NCBI GenBank assembly: GCA_963205245.1
Contig: CAUJIB010000090.1
Coordinates: 1 to 60,004 of the forward strand
From: Pseudomonadota bacterium
GTDB lineage: Bacteria; Pseudomonadota; Alphaproteobacteria; Rickettsiales; SXRF01
Direction of reading: 5' to 3'
DNA length: 60,004 nucleotides
Positions 19,801 through 27,766 of the stretch are shown one piece after another. The notes under the pieces were generated by a model. The model was not told where the DNA came from and did not search any database. It saw only the letters and a program-made list of their open reading frames with translations. Position numbers and translations under genes: made by a program. Within the stretch, counting starts at the first letter, position 1, and every line of letters starts with the position of its first letter.

Positions 19801-19971
19801 TTTTGGGTTAGCTCCGGGATATTGGGCACTTACTATTATGGATGGCGGTGTTACTTCTGGATATTCAGAAATAGGCAAATTCCAAAGTGATATAAAACCG
19901 GCAATGAATATAAGTATAGAAAGTACTGCAGCAAAAATCGGTCTATCAATGAAAAAACGTGAAATATTCAT
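16801..19971 (-). CDS. RND (HAE1/AcrB-type) multidrug efflux permease
   Basis: 1056 aa. N-terminus MNISRFFIDRPIFAAVLSI and 12-TM AcrB architecture. Confidence 0.95.
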   Translation of the reverse strand: MNISRFFIDRPIFAAVLSILIFIAGFISLWNLPISEYPEVTPPSIIVSAQYPGANPKVIAETVAAPLEEQINGVEDMIYMASQSTADGRLALTITFKIGSDPDKAQQLVQNRVNQALPRLPDIVKQFGVTTVKSSADLTMVVHVISPENKYDDLYLSNYATINIKDHLQRLSGIGTVRVFGSSDYAMRVWLDPDKIAARGLSAQTVVNAIREQNVQVAAGVIGSSPTPEGIDLQLNINTQGRLQSEEEFSDIIIKTDPNGAITRLKDVARIELGSAQYSMKSFLNNKSAVALAVFQAPNSNALEISDNVRKTMEELKKDFPEGLDYTIVYDPTIFVRSSIKAVIYTLLEAVALVVLVVILFLQTWRASIIPLLAVPVSIVGTFAFLMFIGFSINALTLFGLVLAIGIVVDDAIVVVENVERNIESGLSPKEATYQAMQEVSEPIIAIALTLTAVFVPIAFISGLTGEFYRQFALTIAISTIISAFNSLTLSPAMAAILLKGHDEPQDWLTRTMETKLGWFFDGFNRFFKKSSESYSGQVRKILGHKKLAFSIYLLLVALTLFGFYKVPTGYIPAQDKQYLIGFAQLPDGSSLNRTEEVLKQMTEIALKNEGIAHAVSFPGLSINGFTNSSSAGIVFLPLKPFEERRSKELSAANISQSVNMQFGAIKDAFVLVLPPPPVRGLGTSGGFKLQLEDRVDLGEEALANIKDAILGQAYQNHVLDPHQTYSGYQINVPQLAVELDRTKAKQLGIPITDIFSTMQIYLGSLYINDFNKFGRTYQVIAQADAPFRSHAEDIAKLKVRNLAGEMVPLGSVLTVKQSYGPERSMRYNSYRSADINSAPAKGFSNGQAQEEIKKIIENTLPKGMGYEWTDLSYQQILAGNTSILIFPLCVLLVFLVLAAQYESLVLPLAIILIVPMCLLCAIAGVWLTGSDNNIFTQIGLIVLVGLACKNAILIVEFAKELEHSGKTPFEAAVEATHLRLRPILMTSFAFIMGVMPLVTSHGAGAEMRYAMGVAVFSGMLGVTFFGLFLTPVFYVGLRNFIKYRKGTKLHHKIHG

Positions 19972-19973
19972 AT

Positions 19974-21119
19974 CTATTCCTTAGTAGTTTCTGGTGCAGA
20001 CTCTTGTGCTGATTCGTGTGATTCCATAGGAACTATTTCAGGAGTCACTATTTGATTCGGCATCATAACTCTCTGTAAGCCGCTTACTATAATTTTTTCT
20101 CCGGCTTTTAACCCGTCTTCTACTATTCTAAGCCCATCTGCTATTCCGCCTAATTTTATATAACGACGTTCTACTTTATTTTCTGCTCCTACTACGAGTA
20201 CAAATTTCTTATTCTGGTCTGTGCCGATGGCACGGTCAGTAACTAATATTGACTTTGTATTTTCTGGACTACCCATTTTTATTCTGGCAAATAAACCTGA
20301 TACTAAGGCACCGTCTTCATTATCAAAAATTGCCCTCACCCTTACAGTTCCTGAAGCAGGGTTTAGGCGGTTGTCAAATGATTCAACATGCCCTTGTTTG
20401 GATAACCCGTCTAAAACTAATGTTACTGGGATATTTTTAGCAGATTCATTGCTTGTAACGTTGGCGCGTACATACTTAAGGAAATTTGCTTCATCTATTT
20501 CAAAATCTGTATATATCGGTGTGCTGGAAACTACAGATGTAAGAATAGGCGCAGAAGAACCTGCGTCAACTAAATTACCAACCGTGATTTCCGCTCGGCT
20601 GGCACGACCAGAAATCGGGGATTTTATTTTAGTATATTCAAGATCCAGTTTAGCTTTTGTAAGATTAGCCTTCGCAACTTCTGCAGCATTGCGTCTTTGC
20701 TCATATTCACGTTGCGGGATCGCTTTTGATGAAATTAATGATTGGGCGCGTTTTAAGTCAGCATCAGCGAGTATCCATAAAGCGTTAGCAGATTGTAGCG
20801 ATGCTTCATAAGGGCGTGGGTCAATAATAAACAGTAAATCGCCTTTTTTTACCATTGCCCCATCAGAAAAATGTATTGATTCTATAGTGCCAGAAATACG
20901 AGGACGCACATCAACCTGTTCAACAGCCACTATTTTACCAGAAAATTCATTCCATCCTCTAGCTTCACGCTCAATTACTTCAGCAGTATCGACTGGAGAT
21001 GCGCCACCATTTTGACCTATAGCACTATGGGATGAAGAAAAATATCCGTAAGAATAATAGGTAACAGCGAGAACAAATATTATTATAATGATATTTTTTA
21101 TATTGTATTTCAATGACAT
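19974..21119 (-). CDS. RND efflux periplasmic adaptor (membrane fusion protein)
   Basis: 381 aa. Signal-anchor plus lipoyl/barrel segments (VKKGDLLFIIDPRPY). Ends 2 nt upstream of the pump gene. Confidence 0.9.
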   Translation of the reverse strand: MSLKYNIKNIIIIIFVLAVTYYSYGYFSSSHSAIGQNGGASPVDTAEVIEREARGWNEFSGKIVAVEQVDVRPRISGTIESIHFSDGAMVKKGDLLFIIDPRPYEASLQSANALWILADADLKRAQSLISSKAIPQREYEQRRNAAEVAKANLTKAKLDLEYTKIKSPISGRASRAEITVGNLVDAGSSAPILTSVVSSTPIYTDFEIDEANFLKYVRANVTSNESAKNIPVTLVLDGLSKQGHVESFDNRLNPASGTVRVRAIFDNEDGALVSGLFARIKMGSPENTKSILVTDRAIGTDQNKKFVLVVGAENKVERRYIKLGGIADGLRIVEDGLKAGEKIIVSGLQRVMMPNQIVTPEIVPMESHESAQESAPETTKE

Positions 21120-21227
21120 GGCTAGCCTATAGATTTATAATAGATAACAATGAGCTAATTTATAAGGCTTTTTAGTAGATCAGTCACTTGGAAATTAAAT
21201 TTTAAAGCAAAAAATCTATAAGAAAAA

Positions 21228-24149
21228 TTATAAAGCAGCACATTTTTTATCCGGCGTGTTTCTAGTTATATCATAGGAAATTGATATTTCTGGGGAAGGA
21301 ATGTTAATATGAGCTTTATTATACTGTTTTGCTATTTGCGGATTCTCATTTAATACTTTTTCACGCGCCGAGTTTACATCCACCAAGAAAGGTTTATCAT
21401 CCTTCTGTTCAAGTTTTTTTGCAGCCATTGCCATTGCAAATTTACCGGCATCATCATGGCTTAATCCGCGTAATTCAGCATCAAGAAAGGCTGCCATGGC
21501 AACATCGCCAACACCGTTGATGTTGGTAATTTTTTCCTTAGCAGTAACAGGATAAGCCGGTATCACTTTATTCTTGGTAACTATAACCGCGCCTTTATCG
21601 CCGCGGGTAATAAAGGCAACAGGGTCAGAAGTATGACAAGTATCAATATTGTTTTTAAGCACACCTATATTAAAGGCCTTCTGAATTTTCTTTGTTAAAA
21701 TATCTATAGTTTCATCGTTAACTGGGCGATCCCCATTTATTCCGAAAACCCGACAAAATTCGCTATCATTGCCAACTACCATATTTGAGCTGCGTATCAA
21801 TTTTTTGAATTTTTGCGGATCACTAGGCCCAAAAGTTGCGTGGTTAGGGAGTGCAAGAATCATTTCCTTGCCATATCGCCAACGCAAATGGAGAATATCA
21901 TTTGTAAGGCTATCGCCTAATTTTTCGGTAATGGATCCGGGTAAATATATTACATCTGACGTTGCAATGCTTTTTTCCAGAAGGTTTTTATCTTTACTTA
22001 GTAGTTCTCCCAGTGCTGATGCCTCATTCCCAGCATAAGTTACTATTATATCTTGTGAGCCATTTTTTATAAAATGGGAAACAGCAGTTTTTACTGGTAT
22101 TTCTAATGATAAATGGGAAGTAAGTAAATCTATACCGGAATCTTTTAAGTGGTTTTTTATAACCTTTCCATACTCATCATCGCCAACCGCACCTAAATAA
22201 GAAACATGGAGATGATCAGCAGGCTGCAGCTTTTTAAGAGCACTCAATGTATCTAAAGTCGCTCCGCTGACATCAATATTATTTTTATCACTGCCCTCAA
22301 GTAATTTATTATGGGTTTCCTCTCCAATGCTTATTTTTGAGCCTTCTCTTGCAAGCTGATTTTGGTCAATATAGGAAATTTTATCGTGGGGATGGTGAGT
22401 GGCGGCAATTAGCAGGTCAGCGGTAAGTATTTTTGTTCCCCTATGTCCATTCTGGAGATCTTTTTCTGTAAGCCGTACTTCTTCATCAACTCCTTTAAGC
22501 CCTCTTCTGGTATATTCAAAAGGCCCCATAATAATTTCTTTTTCCGCGCCTATTTTTTTGCGGGTTTCCTGATCCATGGTTTTTGTAAGGTCTAATATAA
22601 TATTATTATTGCCCATGTTATAAGCGCATAATACAGTTTGTTCATCGGTATGACGCAGAAAGGCAAAAACATCATTTGGTGTATTCTCCAAAACAGTAAT
22701 CTTCCCAGTGCGTAATGCGGGATTATCCTGCCTTTGTTTGATGAGGCTACGGGTAAAATTCAACATAGAGGTATCTTGGGATTCCTGAAGGTTTACCGCC
22801 AAAGGCCCGTAGCTTTGTGGTAGAGGCAGGTAATGTTTTTTGGATTCAGAAAAATCTTCATGATCCCATGGTATTCCAGCTCTGGCGATGTCGCGCCCGC
22901 CAAGTGTATCACGTATTTTATGATGGGGAATGTCTTCAGGTATACGTGCATCCGGAAGTCCCAATTCTTCCCCCTGATACATGCAAACCGATCCGGGCAG
23001 GGAAAAATTAAGGGTCATTATCTGCTTTAATACAGTAGTCCGTAACTCTTCTGGCAGGTTTGCCGGAAGCATCCTGCTTGCGGCTCTGGAAAAATCATGG
23101 TTACTTAGGGAGTTGCACATTGCCCCGCCCGGAAAATGATTTTCTATGTCTTTTACATGGTCTTTTAATTCCTGTGCTGATGGGTAACCGGTGGTTTTTT
23201 CGCTGCTATAATTCGGCCAGAATTTCATTTCTGTATAGCAGGTATGGATACCGGTTTCGGGATGCACATAATCCCGCGCCACCTCCATAGATTGGAATCC
23301 ACCATTTCTACCGGCAACTGCTTCGCCTATGGCAATTTTTTTATCTGGGTAATTATCAAGCATTTTACGAATTTTAGCGACATATTCTATAGTTTGCGGC
23401 TGGCACATACTATGGTCAAATCTTTGCGAATCCCATGTGTTTCCACCGGGATTATCCCTAAGCTGCGGGTCATAATTTGCAAAAGGCAGGGCATCGAGAC
23501 GTAGGCCATCCACCCCTTTATCCAGCCAGAATTTCATTTCATTTATAATTGCATCCTGTACATGCGGTTCGTTTGCATTTAATGATGGCTGGCTGGAGGC
23601 AAAATGATGCATGTAAAACTGGTTGCGTTTCTTATCAAAAGTCCATGCGGGTTCATCTTTTCCCTTAAAAACTGACTTCCAGTTATTTGGCGGTATCGGG
23701 TAGCCTTTTTCATCCTTTTTCCCATCATTCCATACATAACGGTCTGTAAAACCATTTTTTCTCTCGCGGCTATTTTGAAACCATTCATGATCATCAGCAG
23801 TATGGCACATCACAAAATCGGTATATACCCGTAACCCTTTTTTGTGCGCAGTTTCAAGCAGCTTGTCAAAATCTTCCATAGTACCGAATTTTTCACCGAT
23901 TTTGCGGTAATCGGTTACAGCGTAGCCACCATCACCTTTTTCACCCTCCGGTGATAAGAAAAATGGGGATATCCAGATAGCATCAACATTAAGGCTTTTG
24001 ATATAATCCAGCTTTTCGGTTATGCCTTTCAGATCACCATGACCACTTCCTTGAGAATCCTTGAAGGATGCTGGATAAATCTGGTAAATAACCTCCGATT
24101 GCCGATTAGGTGCTATCTTTTCTTTTGTTATTTCCAATGATTGGTTCAT
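21228..24149 (-). CDS. fusion protein: GH13 alpha-glucosidase-like domain plus PfkB-family sugar kinase domain
   Basis: 973 aa. GH13 regions are DFVMCHT, DGLRLDALPF, IGEAV and LSNHDFSRA in the first ~560 aa. The C-terminal ~370 aa carry PfkB marks (GAVGDDEYGK.. and NINGVGDVAMAAFLDA). Confidence 0.85.
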   Translation of the reverse strand: MNQSLEITKEKIAPNRQSEVIYQIYPASFKDSQGSGHGDLKGITEKLDYIKSLNVDAIWISPFFLSPEGEKGDGGYAVTDYRKIGEKFGTMEDFDKLLETAHKKGLRVYTDFVMCHTADDHEWFQNSRERKNGFTDRYVWNDGKKDEKGYPIPPNNWKSVFKGKDEPAWTFDKKRNQFYMHHFASSQPSLNANEPHVQDAIINEMKFWLDKGVDGLRLDALPFANYDPQLRDNPGGNTWDSQRFDHSMCQPQTIEYVAKIRKMLDNYPDKKIAIGEAVAGRNGGFQSMEVARDYVHPETGIHTCYTEMKFWPNYSSEKTTGYPSAQELKDHVKDIENHFPGGAMCNSLSNHDFSRAASRMLPANLPEELRTTVLKQIMTLNFSLPGSVCMYQGEELGLPDARIPEDIPHHKIRDTLGGRDIARAGIPWDHEDFSESKKHYLPLPQSYGPLAVNLQESQDTSMLNFTRSLIKQRQDNPALRTGKITVLENTPNDVFAFLRHTDEQTVLCAYNMGNNNIILDLTKTMDQETRKKIGAEKEIIMGPFEYTRRGLKGVDEEVRLTEKDLQNGHRGTKILTADLLIAATHHPHDKISYIDQNQLAREGSKISIGEETHNKLLEGSDKNNIDVSGATLDTLSALKKLQPADHLHVSYLGAVGDDEYGKVIKNHLKDSGIDLLTSHLSLEIPVKTAVSHFIKNGSQDIIVTYAGNEASALGELLSKDKNLLEKSIATSDVIYLPGSITEKLGDSLTNDILHLRWRYGKEMILALPNHATFGPSDPQKFKKLIRSSNMVVGNDSEFCRVFGINGDRPVNDETIDILTKKIQKAFNIGVLKNNIDTCHTSDPVAFITRGDKGAVIVTKNKVIPAYPVTAKEKITNINGVGDVAMAAFLDAELRGLSHDDAGKFAMAMAAKKLEQKDDKPFLVDVNSAREKVLNENPQIAKQYNKAHINIPSPEISISYDITRNTPDKKCAAL

Positions 24150-24312
24150 AATTTGCTTCTGGAGTTATATCCTTGCTAGGATTGTAACACAGTAAGCATG
24201 CGGATAAAGTTAAGGTTTTGTTACAAATAAGCTTGTAAAGCTAAGCATTTATATTTAGCTAAACAAATGAATAAAGTTCTCTTGGAGATGAGGTTGTCAT
24301 ACTTGTTTTAAG

Positions 24313-24358
24313 TGGTGGCTCGGGGGTGATTTGAACACCCGACCAAGGGATTATGATT
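24313..24358 (-). repeat. displaced 3' half of tRNA(CAU) (att junction, host-derived copy)
   Basis: 46 nt matching 33714-33759 with 4 substitutions. The 21-bp identical core cccgaccaagggattatgatt is at 24338-24358. Confidence 0.85.
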
Positions 24359-24452
24359 TACTTGTTACCATACAATATAATGTAAAATATCACTTAGCCT
24401 TGATAAAATACCCCTTGATTATTATATATAATAGTATAACTAATAGTAAGCT

Positions 24453-24507
24453 AGATAACATAATGAAATATGCAGAGAGGCTATTTTTTGTTATCTAGCA
24501 GTTATCT
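24453..24507. promoter_or_regulatory. arm-type repeat cluster (AGATAAC / GTTATCT x2, 11-bp phased) next to int
   Basis: agataac at 24453, gttatct at 24490 and 24501. A 26-bp near-copy of attttttgttatct..gttatcta lies at 33642-33667. Confidence 0.6.
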
Positions 24508-24519
24508 AGGAGGGGTATT

Positions 24520-25764
24520 ATGCCAAAAGCAAAATTGACAGATTTTTTTGTTAAAAATTCAAAATGCTCGCCTGATAAAATCAGAGAAGAAATTTTTGAT
24601 ACCGAGCTTCCAGCGTTTGCTTTACGGGTGACTTCTAAGGGGTTGCGTAGCTTTGTTTTGTATTACAGGGCAGGAAAGAAACAACGCTGTATTACTATAG
24701 GTAATTATCCAACCAAAACACTCAAAGATGCTAAAGACGAAGCAAAAGAAATACTAGTTAATCTAAAAAAGGGGAAAGACCCTCTGGTTGATCGCGCTGA
24801 TACCAAATACAAACTACATATTGCCGCTACTAGCGTTCCAAATACCTATGAAACCATGATTGATTCATTTGTGGAAAAATATCTGAAAGCAAAAGGCAGG
24901 CGCACTTGGCACGAAATAGAAGTAAAACTAAAGGGCGCACCACTTAAAAAATGGAAGGGCTGGGAGGTTGAAAAAATCACAAGGCAGCACGTTCGCGAGT
25001 TAATAGAAGAAGTATTTGATAACGGTAATAAGCCCATTGCTGCTAACCGCTTGTTGGCACATTTAAAAAGATTTTTCGGATGGTTATGTGAAAAAGATAT
25101 TATAGAATCATCACCAGCCCAGCACATTAAAATGATGGGCGAAGAAACAAAACGCGAGCGTTTCTTAAAACGCGAAGAAATAAAAAAGTTCTGGGAAGTT
25201 TGCGAATCGTTAGAATATCCTTGGAAACAACGCTTTCAGCTTGCATTAGCAACTGGTATGCGCGGGCAAGAAATTATGCGTATGCGTTGGAGCGATATAA
25301 ATACCAAGGAAAATATATGGACTATACCAGCCGAAGATTCAAAGAATGGTATGGCTCATGACGTGCCTCTATCAGACCTTGTGCTGGATATTATAGAATC
25401 AATTCCCCCTATGTCAGACACGTATGTTTTTACCACTATGCTAGATAAGCATATTACCCATAATAATAAACAAACAAAAAAATTATATAACCTATGTAAG
25501 TTTGATACCCTTTGGACATTACACGATCTACGCCGTACTGTTGCAACCTTTCTAGGTGAACTTGGATATGAAAAAGACATAATAGGTCGTGTGCTGAACC
25601 ACAAAGGAGCATTTTCACAAACTGACACATACCTACGACATAAATACTTAAAAGAAAAAGCAGTTGCACTAAAAGCATGGGCGAAAGAATTAGAGAATAT
25701 TGTATCAGGCGAACCACACAAAATATTAACCCTGCATCGTCATCCAACTACGCAAAAGAAATAA
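24520..25764 (+). CDS. int: tyrosine site-specific integrase (P4-like, with N-terminal arm-binding domain)
   Basis: 414 aa. N-terminus LTDFFVKN...FALRVTSKGLRSFVLYYR. Catalytic set ATGMRGQEI (R), HDLRRT (HxxR), VLNH and DTYLRH (Y). Confidence 0.95.
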   Translation: MPKAKLTDFFVKNSKCSPDKIREEIFDTELPAFALRVTSKGLRSFVLYYRAGKKQRCITIGNYPTKTLKDAKDEAKEILVNLKKGKDPLVDRADTKYKLHIAATSVPNTYETMIDSFVEKYLKAKGRRTWHEIEVKLKGAPLKKWKGWEVEKITRQHVRELIEEVFDNGNKPIAANRLLAHLKRFFGWLCEKDIIESSPAQHIKMMGEETKRERFLKREEIKKFWEVCESLEYPWKQRFQLALATGMRGQEIMRMRWSDINTKENIWTIPAEDSKNGMAHDVPLSDLVLDIIESIPPMSDTYVFTTMLDKHITHNNKQTKKLYNLCKFDTLWTLHDLRRTVATFLGELGYEKDIIGRVLNHKGAFSQTDTYLRHKYLKEKAVALKAWAKELENIVSGEPHKILTLHRHPTTQKK

Positions 25765-25780
25765 CAGTCAAAAACTAATG

Positions 25781-25803
25781 ACAAGTGATATATAGTCACT
25801 TGT
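25781..25803 (+). terminator. hairpin after int (weak terminator or binding site)
   Basis: acaagtga-tatatag-tcacttgt is a perfect 8-bp stem, but no U-tract follows. Confidence 0.3.
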
Positions 25804-25869
25804 TCCAGCAATAAAATCATATTGAATTACCTGTATATTATCTGTATATTCTGTGTCATTATTATACCC

Positions 25870-25898
25870 AGATAACCACTAGATAACAGCAAGGTAAC
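25870..25898. promoter_or_regulatory. three 11-bp-phased AGATAAC/AGGTAAC repeats abutting the start codon of the putative terS
   Basis: agataac at 25870, agataac at 25881 and aggtaac at 25892, with the ATG at 25899. Confidence 0.5.
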
Positions 25899-26267
25899 AT
25901 GCCAGAACAAAAGCGGATACGCAAACATCGCAAGCGGATAGGTGTTTATAGTAGTGATACCACCCTCAAGAACATAGACGAGCGTACTGTTGAAGGTAAA
26001 CTGATAAGCACTATTACTCAGGAACTCTATACACACGTTGGTGGCAATCCTACCGTTGCCGAGCAGCTTCTTATTCAAATCATCAGCCTCAAGGCAATGA
26101 GAGTGTCTTTATATGCAAAACTACTGATAGAGGGTAGCGCACAAGACACAGAAGATAGGTTTTTAACACTAAGTAATTCACTACGTAATGATCTCAACCT
26201 TCTTGGTATAAAGGCAACCAAACAGGAAGCCCCTGCCCTTCACCAATATATCGAGGGCAAGGCATGA
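25899..26267 (+). CDS. putative small terminase subunit (call based on position)
   Basis: 122 aa with basic N-terminus MPEQKRIRKHRKR. 4-nt overlap with the large terminase gene. Confidence 0.4.
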   Translation: MPEQKRIRKHRKRIGVYSSDTTLKNIDERTVEGKLISTITQELYTHVGGNPTVAEQLLIQIISLKAMRVSLYAKLLIEGSAQDTEDRFLTLSNSLRNDLNLLGIKATKQEAPALHQYIEGKA

Positions 26268-27664
26268 ACATCATTCAAGCTATAGATGATCCAAAGCTGT
26301 TAAAACCCTGCCTAAAGGGTGAATCATGGCATGAATGGCGGATGGTGCTTAAAGCCCTGTTTGCTCTTCCTATGGATGATAATGAACTAGAAATGTTTAA
26401 GGCTATTACTGGAAGAAATACACCACCTCAGAAGCCTGTAAAAGAGGGCTGGTTTATTGCTGGTAGAAGAAGTGGTAAAAGTAATGTATCGGCACTCATT
26501 GCCGTATATCTTGCTGCTTTCGTAGATTATCGCCAACACCTTGCCAGCGGCGAATATGCAACCGTCATGCTGCTTGCTGCTGACCGTGACCAAGCCAGAA
26601 CACTAATTCGCTATGTTAAAGGCATATTGCATGACGTTCCTATGCTAAGTTCACTTATAGAGGCAGAATCGAAAGAAAGTATAACATTGAAGGGACGTGT
26701 AGTTATAGAAATACACACAGCTGGATTTCGTGCTGTGCGTGGCTACACCGTTGTTGCTGCAATATGTGATGAGGCTGCATTCTGGCGCAGTGATGATACC
26801 GCAAACCCTGATTTAGAAGTGCTTGCTGCGCTTCGCCCTGCCATGCTAACAATACCAAACTCTATGCTGCTAGGGATTAGCTCTCCTTATCGCCGAGCAG
26901 GAGCACTCTGGGAAGCATATCGTGATCATTACGGCAAAGATGATAGTGACGTGCTAGTGCTAAAAGCTAGCAGTAGAATAATGAATCCATCGCTACCGCA
27001 AGCAGATATAGATGCTGCTTATGCGCGCGACCCTGCCTCTGCCTCTGCTGAATATGGCGCAGAATTCCGTAGTGACATATCAGGATTTCTTGATAGCAAC
27101 TGGATAGACAGAGCCGCCAATCTTCCCGATGGTGAGTTACCACCAATAAATGGAATACGTTATTTTGGCTTTATTGATCCTTCTGGTGGTCGTAAGGATA
27201 GCATGACAATAGGTATTGCACATGTTGAAGAATCAGGGCAAGTGGTACTGGATGTTATACGTGGACGCAAACCACCATTTGAACCATCAAGTGTCGTATA
27301 TGAATTTACTGATATTCTGAAACGATATGGACTTACTCGAGCAACTGCTGATAGATATGGTGCGGAATGGGTGAGTGCAGAATTTAGAAAAGTAGGAATA
27401 ACGCTGGAAGCGTCATCAAAAAGCAAAAGCGACATATACCTTGAAATAGAACCACTGTTTGCCCAAGGCGGTTTACAGATGCCAGATAATCATAAATTAC
27501 TATCTGAATTCCGCCAATTGGAACGTCGCACTACTCGCAGCGGAAAGGATAGTGTAGACCATCCGCCACATGCACATGATGATTTTGCCAACTCTGCTGC
27601 TGGTGCCTTGTGGCTTGCCTCTCAACCCAAAATACAGTGTTTGCCAAGCGTGCGCCAGCTATAA
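26264..27664 (+). CDS. terL: phage terminase large subunit
   Basis: 466 aa. Walker A GRRSGKS, Walker B/coupling AAICDEAAFW, and a C-terminal RNaseH-like nuclease (GFIDPSGG ... HDDFANS). Confidence 0.9.
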   Translation: MNIIQAIDDPKLLKPCLKGESWHEWRMVLKALFALPMDDNELEMFKAITGRNTPPQKPVKEGWFIAGRRSGKSNVSALIAVYLAAFVDYRQHLASGEYATVMLLAADRDQARTLIRYVKGILHDVPMLSSLIEAESKESITLKGRVVIEIHTAGFRAVRGYTVVAAICDEAAFWRSDDTANPDLEVLAALRPAMLTIPNSMLLGISSPYRRAGALWEAYRDHYGKDDSDVLVLKASSRIMNPSLPQADIDAAYARDPASASAEYGAEFRSDISGFLDSNWIDRAANLPDGELPPINGIRYFGFIDPSGGRKDSMTIGIAHVEESGQVVLDVIRGRKPPFEPSSVVYEFTDILKRYGLTRATADRYGAEWVSAEFRKVGITLEASSKSKSDIYLEIEPLFAQGGLQMPDNHKLLSEFRQLERRTTRSGKDSVDHPPHAHDDFANSAAGALWLASQPKIQCLPSVRQL

Positions 27665-27756
27665 CATATTGATTTATATATAAGTGAACATAGATGAACA
27701 TTAAGTGAACATTAAGTGCATATATAACATATTGATTTATATATAAGTGAACATAG
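27661..27756. repeat. iteron cluster A: 33-bp direct repeat x2 enclosing AGTGAACAT-type 9-mers
   Basis: ataacatattgatttatatataagtgaacatag occurs at 27661-27693 and 27724-27756. agtgaacat is at 27683, 27704 and 27746, and gatgaacat at 27693. Confidence 0.85.
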
Positions 27757-27766
27757 TGACAGGTGC

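Noticed and set aside
20221-20811. 196-aa ORF on the + strand inside the RND adaptor gene
   Set aside because: It lies entirely antisense to a well-supported conserved gene. Its Ser/Ala/Arg-rich translation is typical of a mirror frame, and there is no RBS or motif.
24385-24397. The 13-mer aaatatcacttag is shared with 54474-54486
   Set aside because: Dozens of chance 13-mer pairs are expected in 60 kb on both strands, and there is no supporting context.
25827-26078. 83-aa minus-strand ORF overlapping the putative terS start
   Set aside because: It overlaps the phased repeat cluster and the terS-like ORF that is translationally coupled to terL, and it has no RBS.
27701-27715. Perfect TTAA-N7-TTAA (CtrA box) inside iteron cluster A, hinting at CtrA/GTA-style control of the island
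   Set aside because: The match is a by-product of two adjacent gtgaacattaa iterons. By rough base-composition reasoning the motif is expected by chance several times in 60 kb of this AT-rich DNA. It is worth a look only if CtrA ChIP data exist.
27661-27756. Repeat cluster considered as a mini CRISPR array
   Set aside because: There are only two copies of the 33-mer. The spacer itself is made of the same 9-mer, no cas genes are present, and the repeat is not palindromic in the CRISPR manner.
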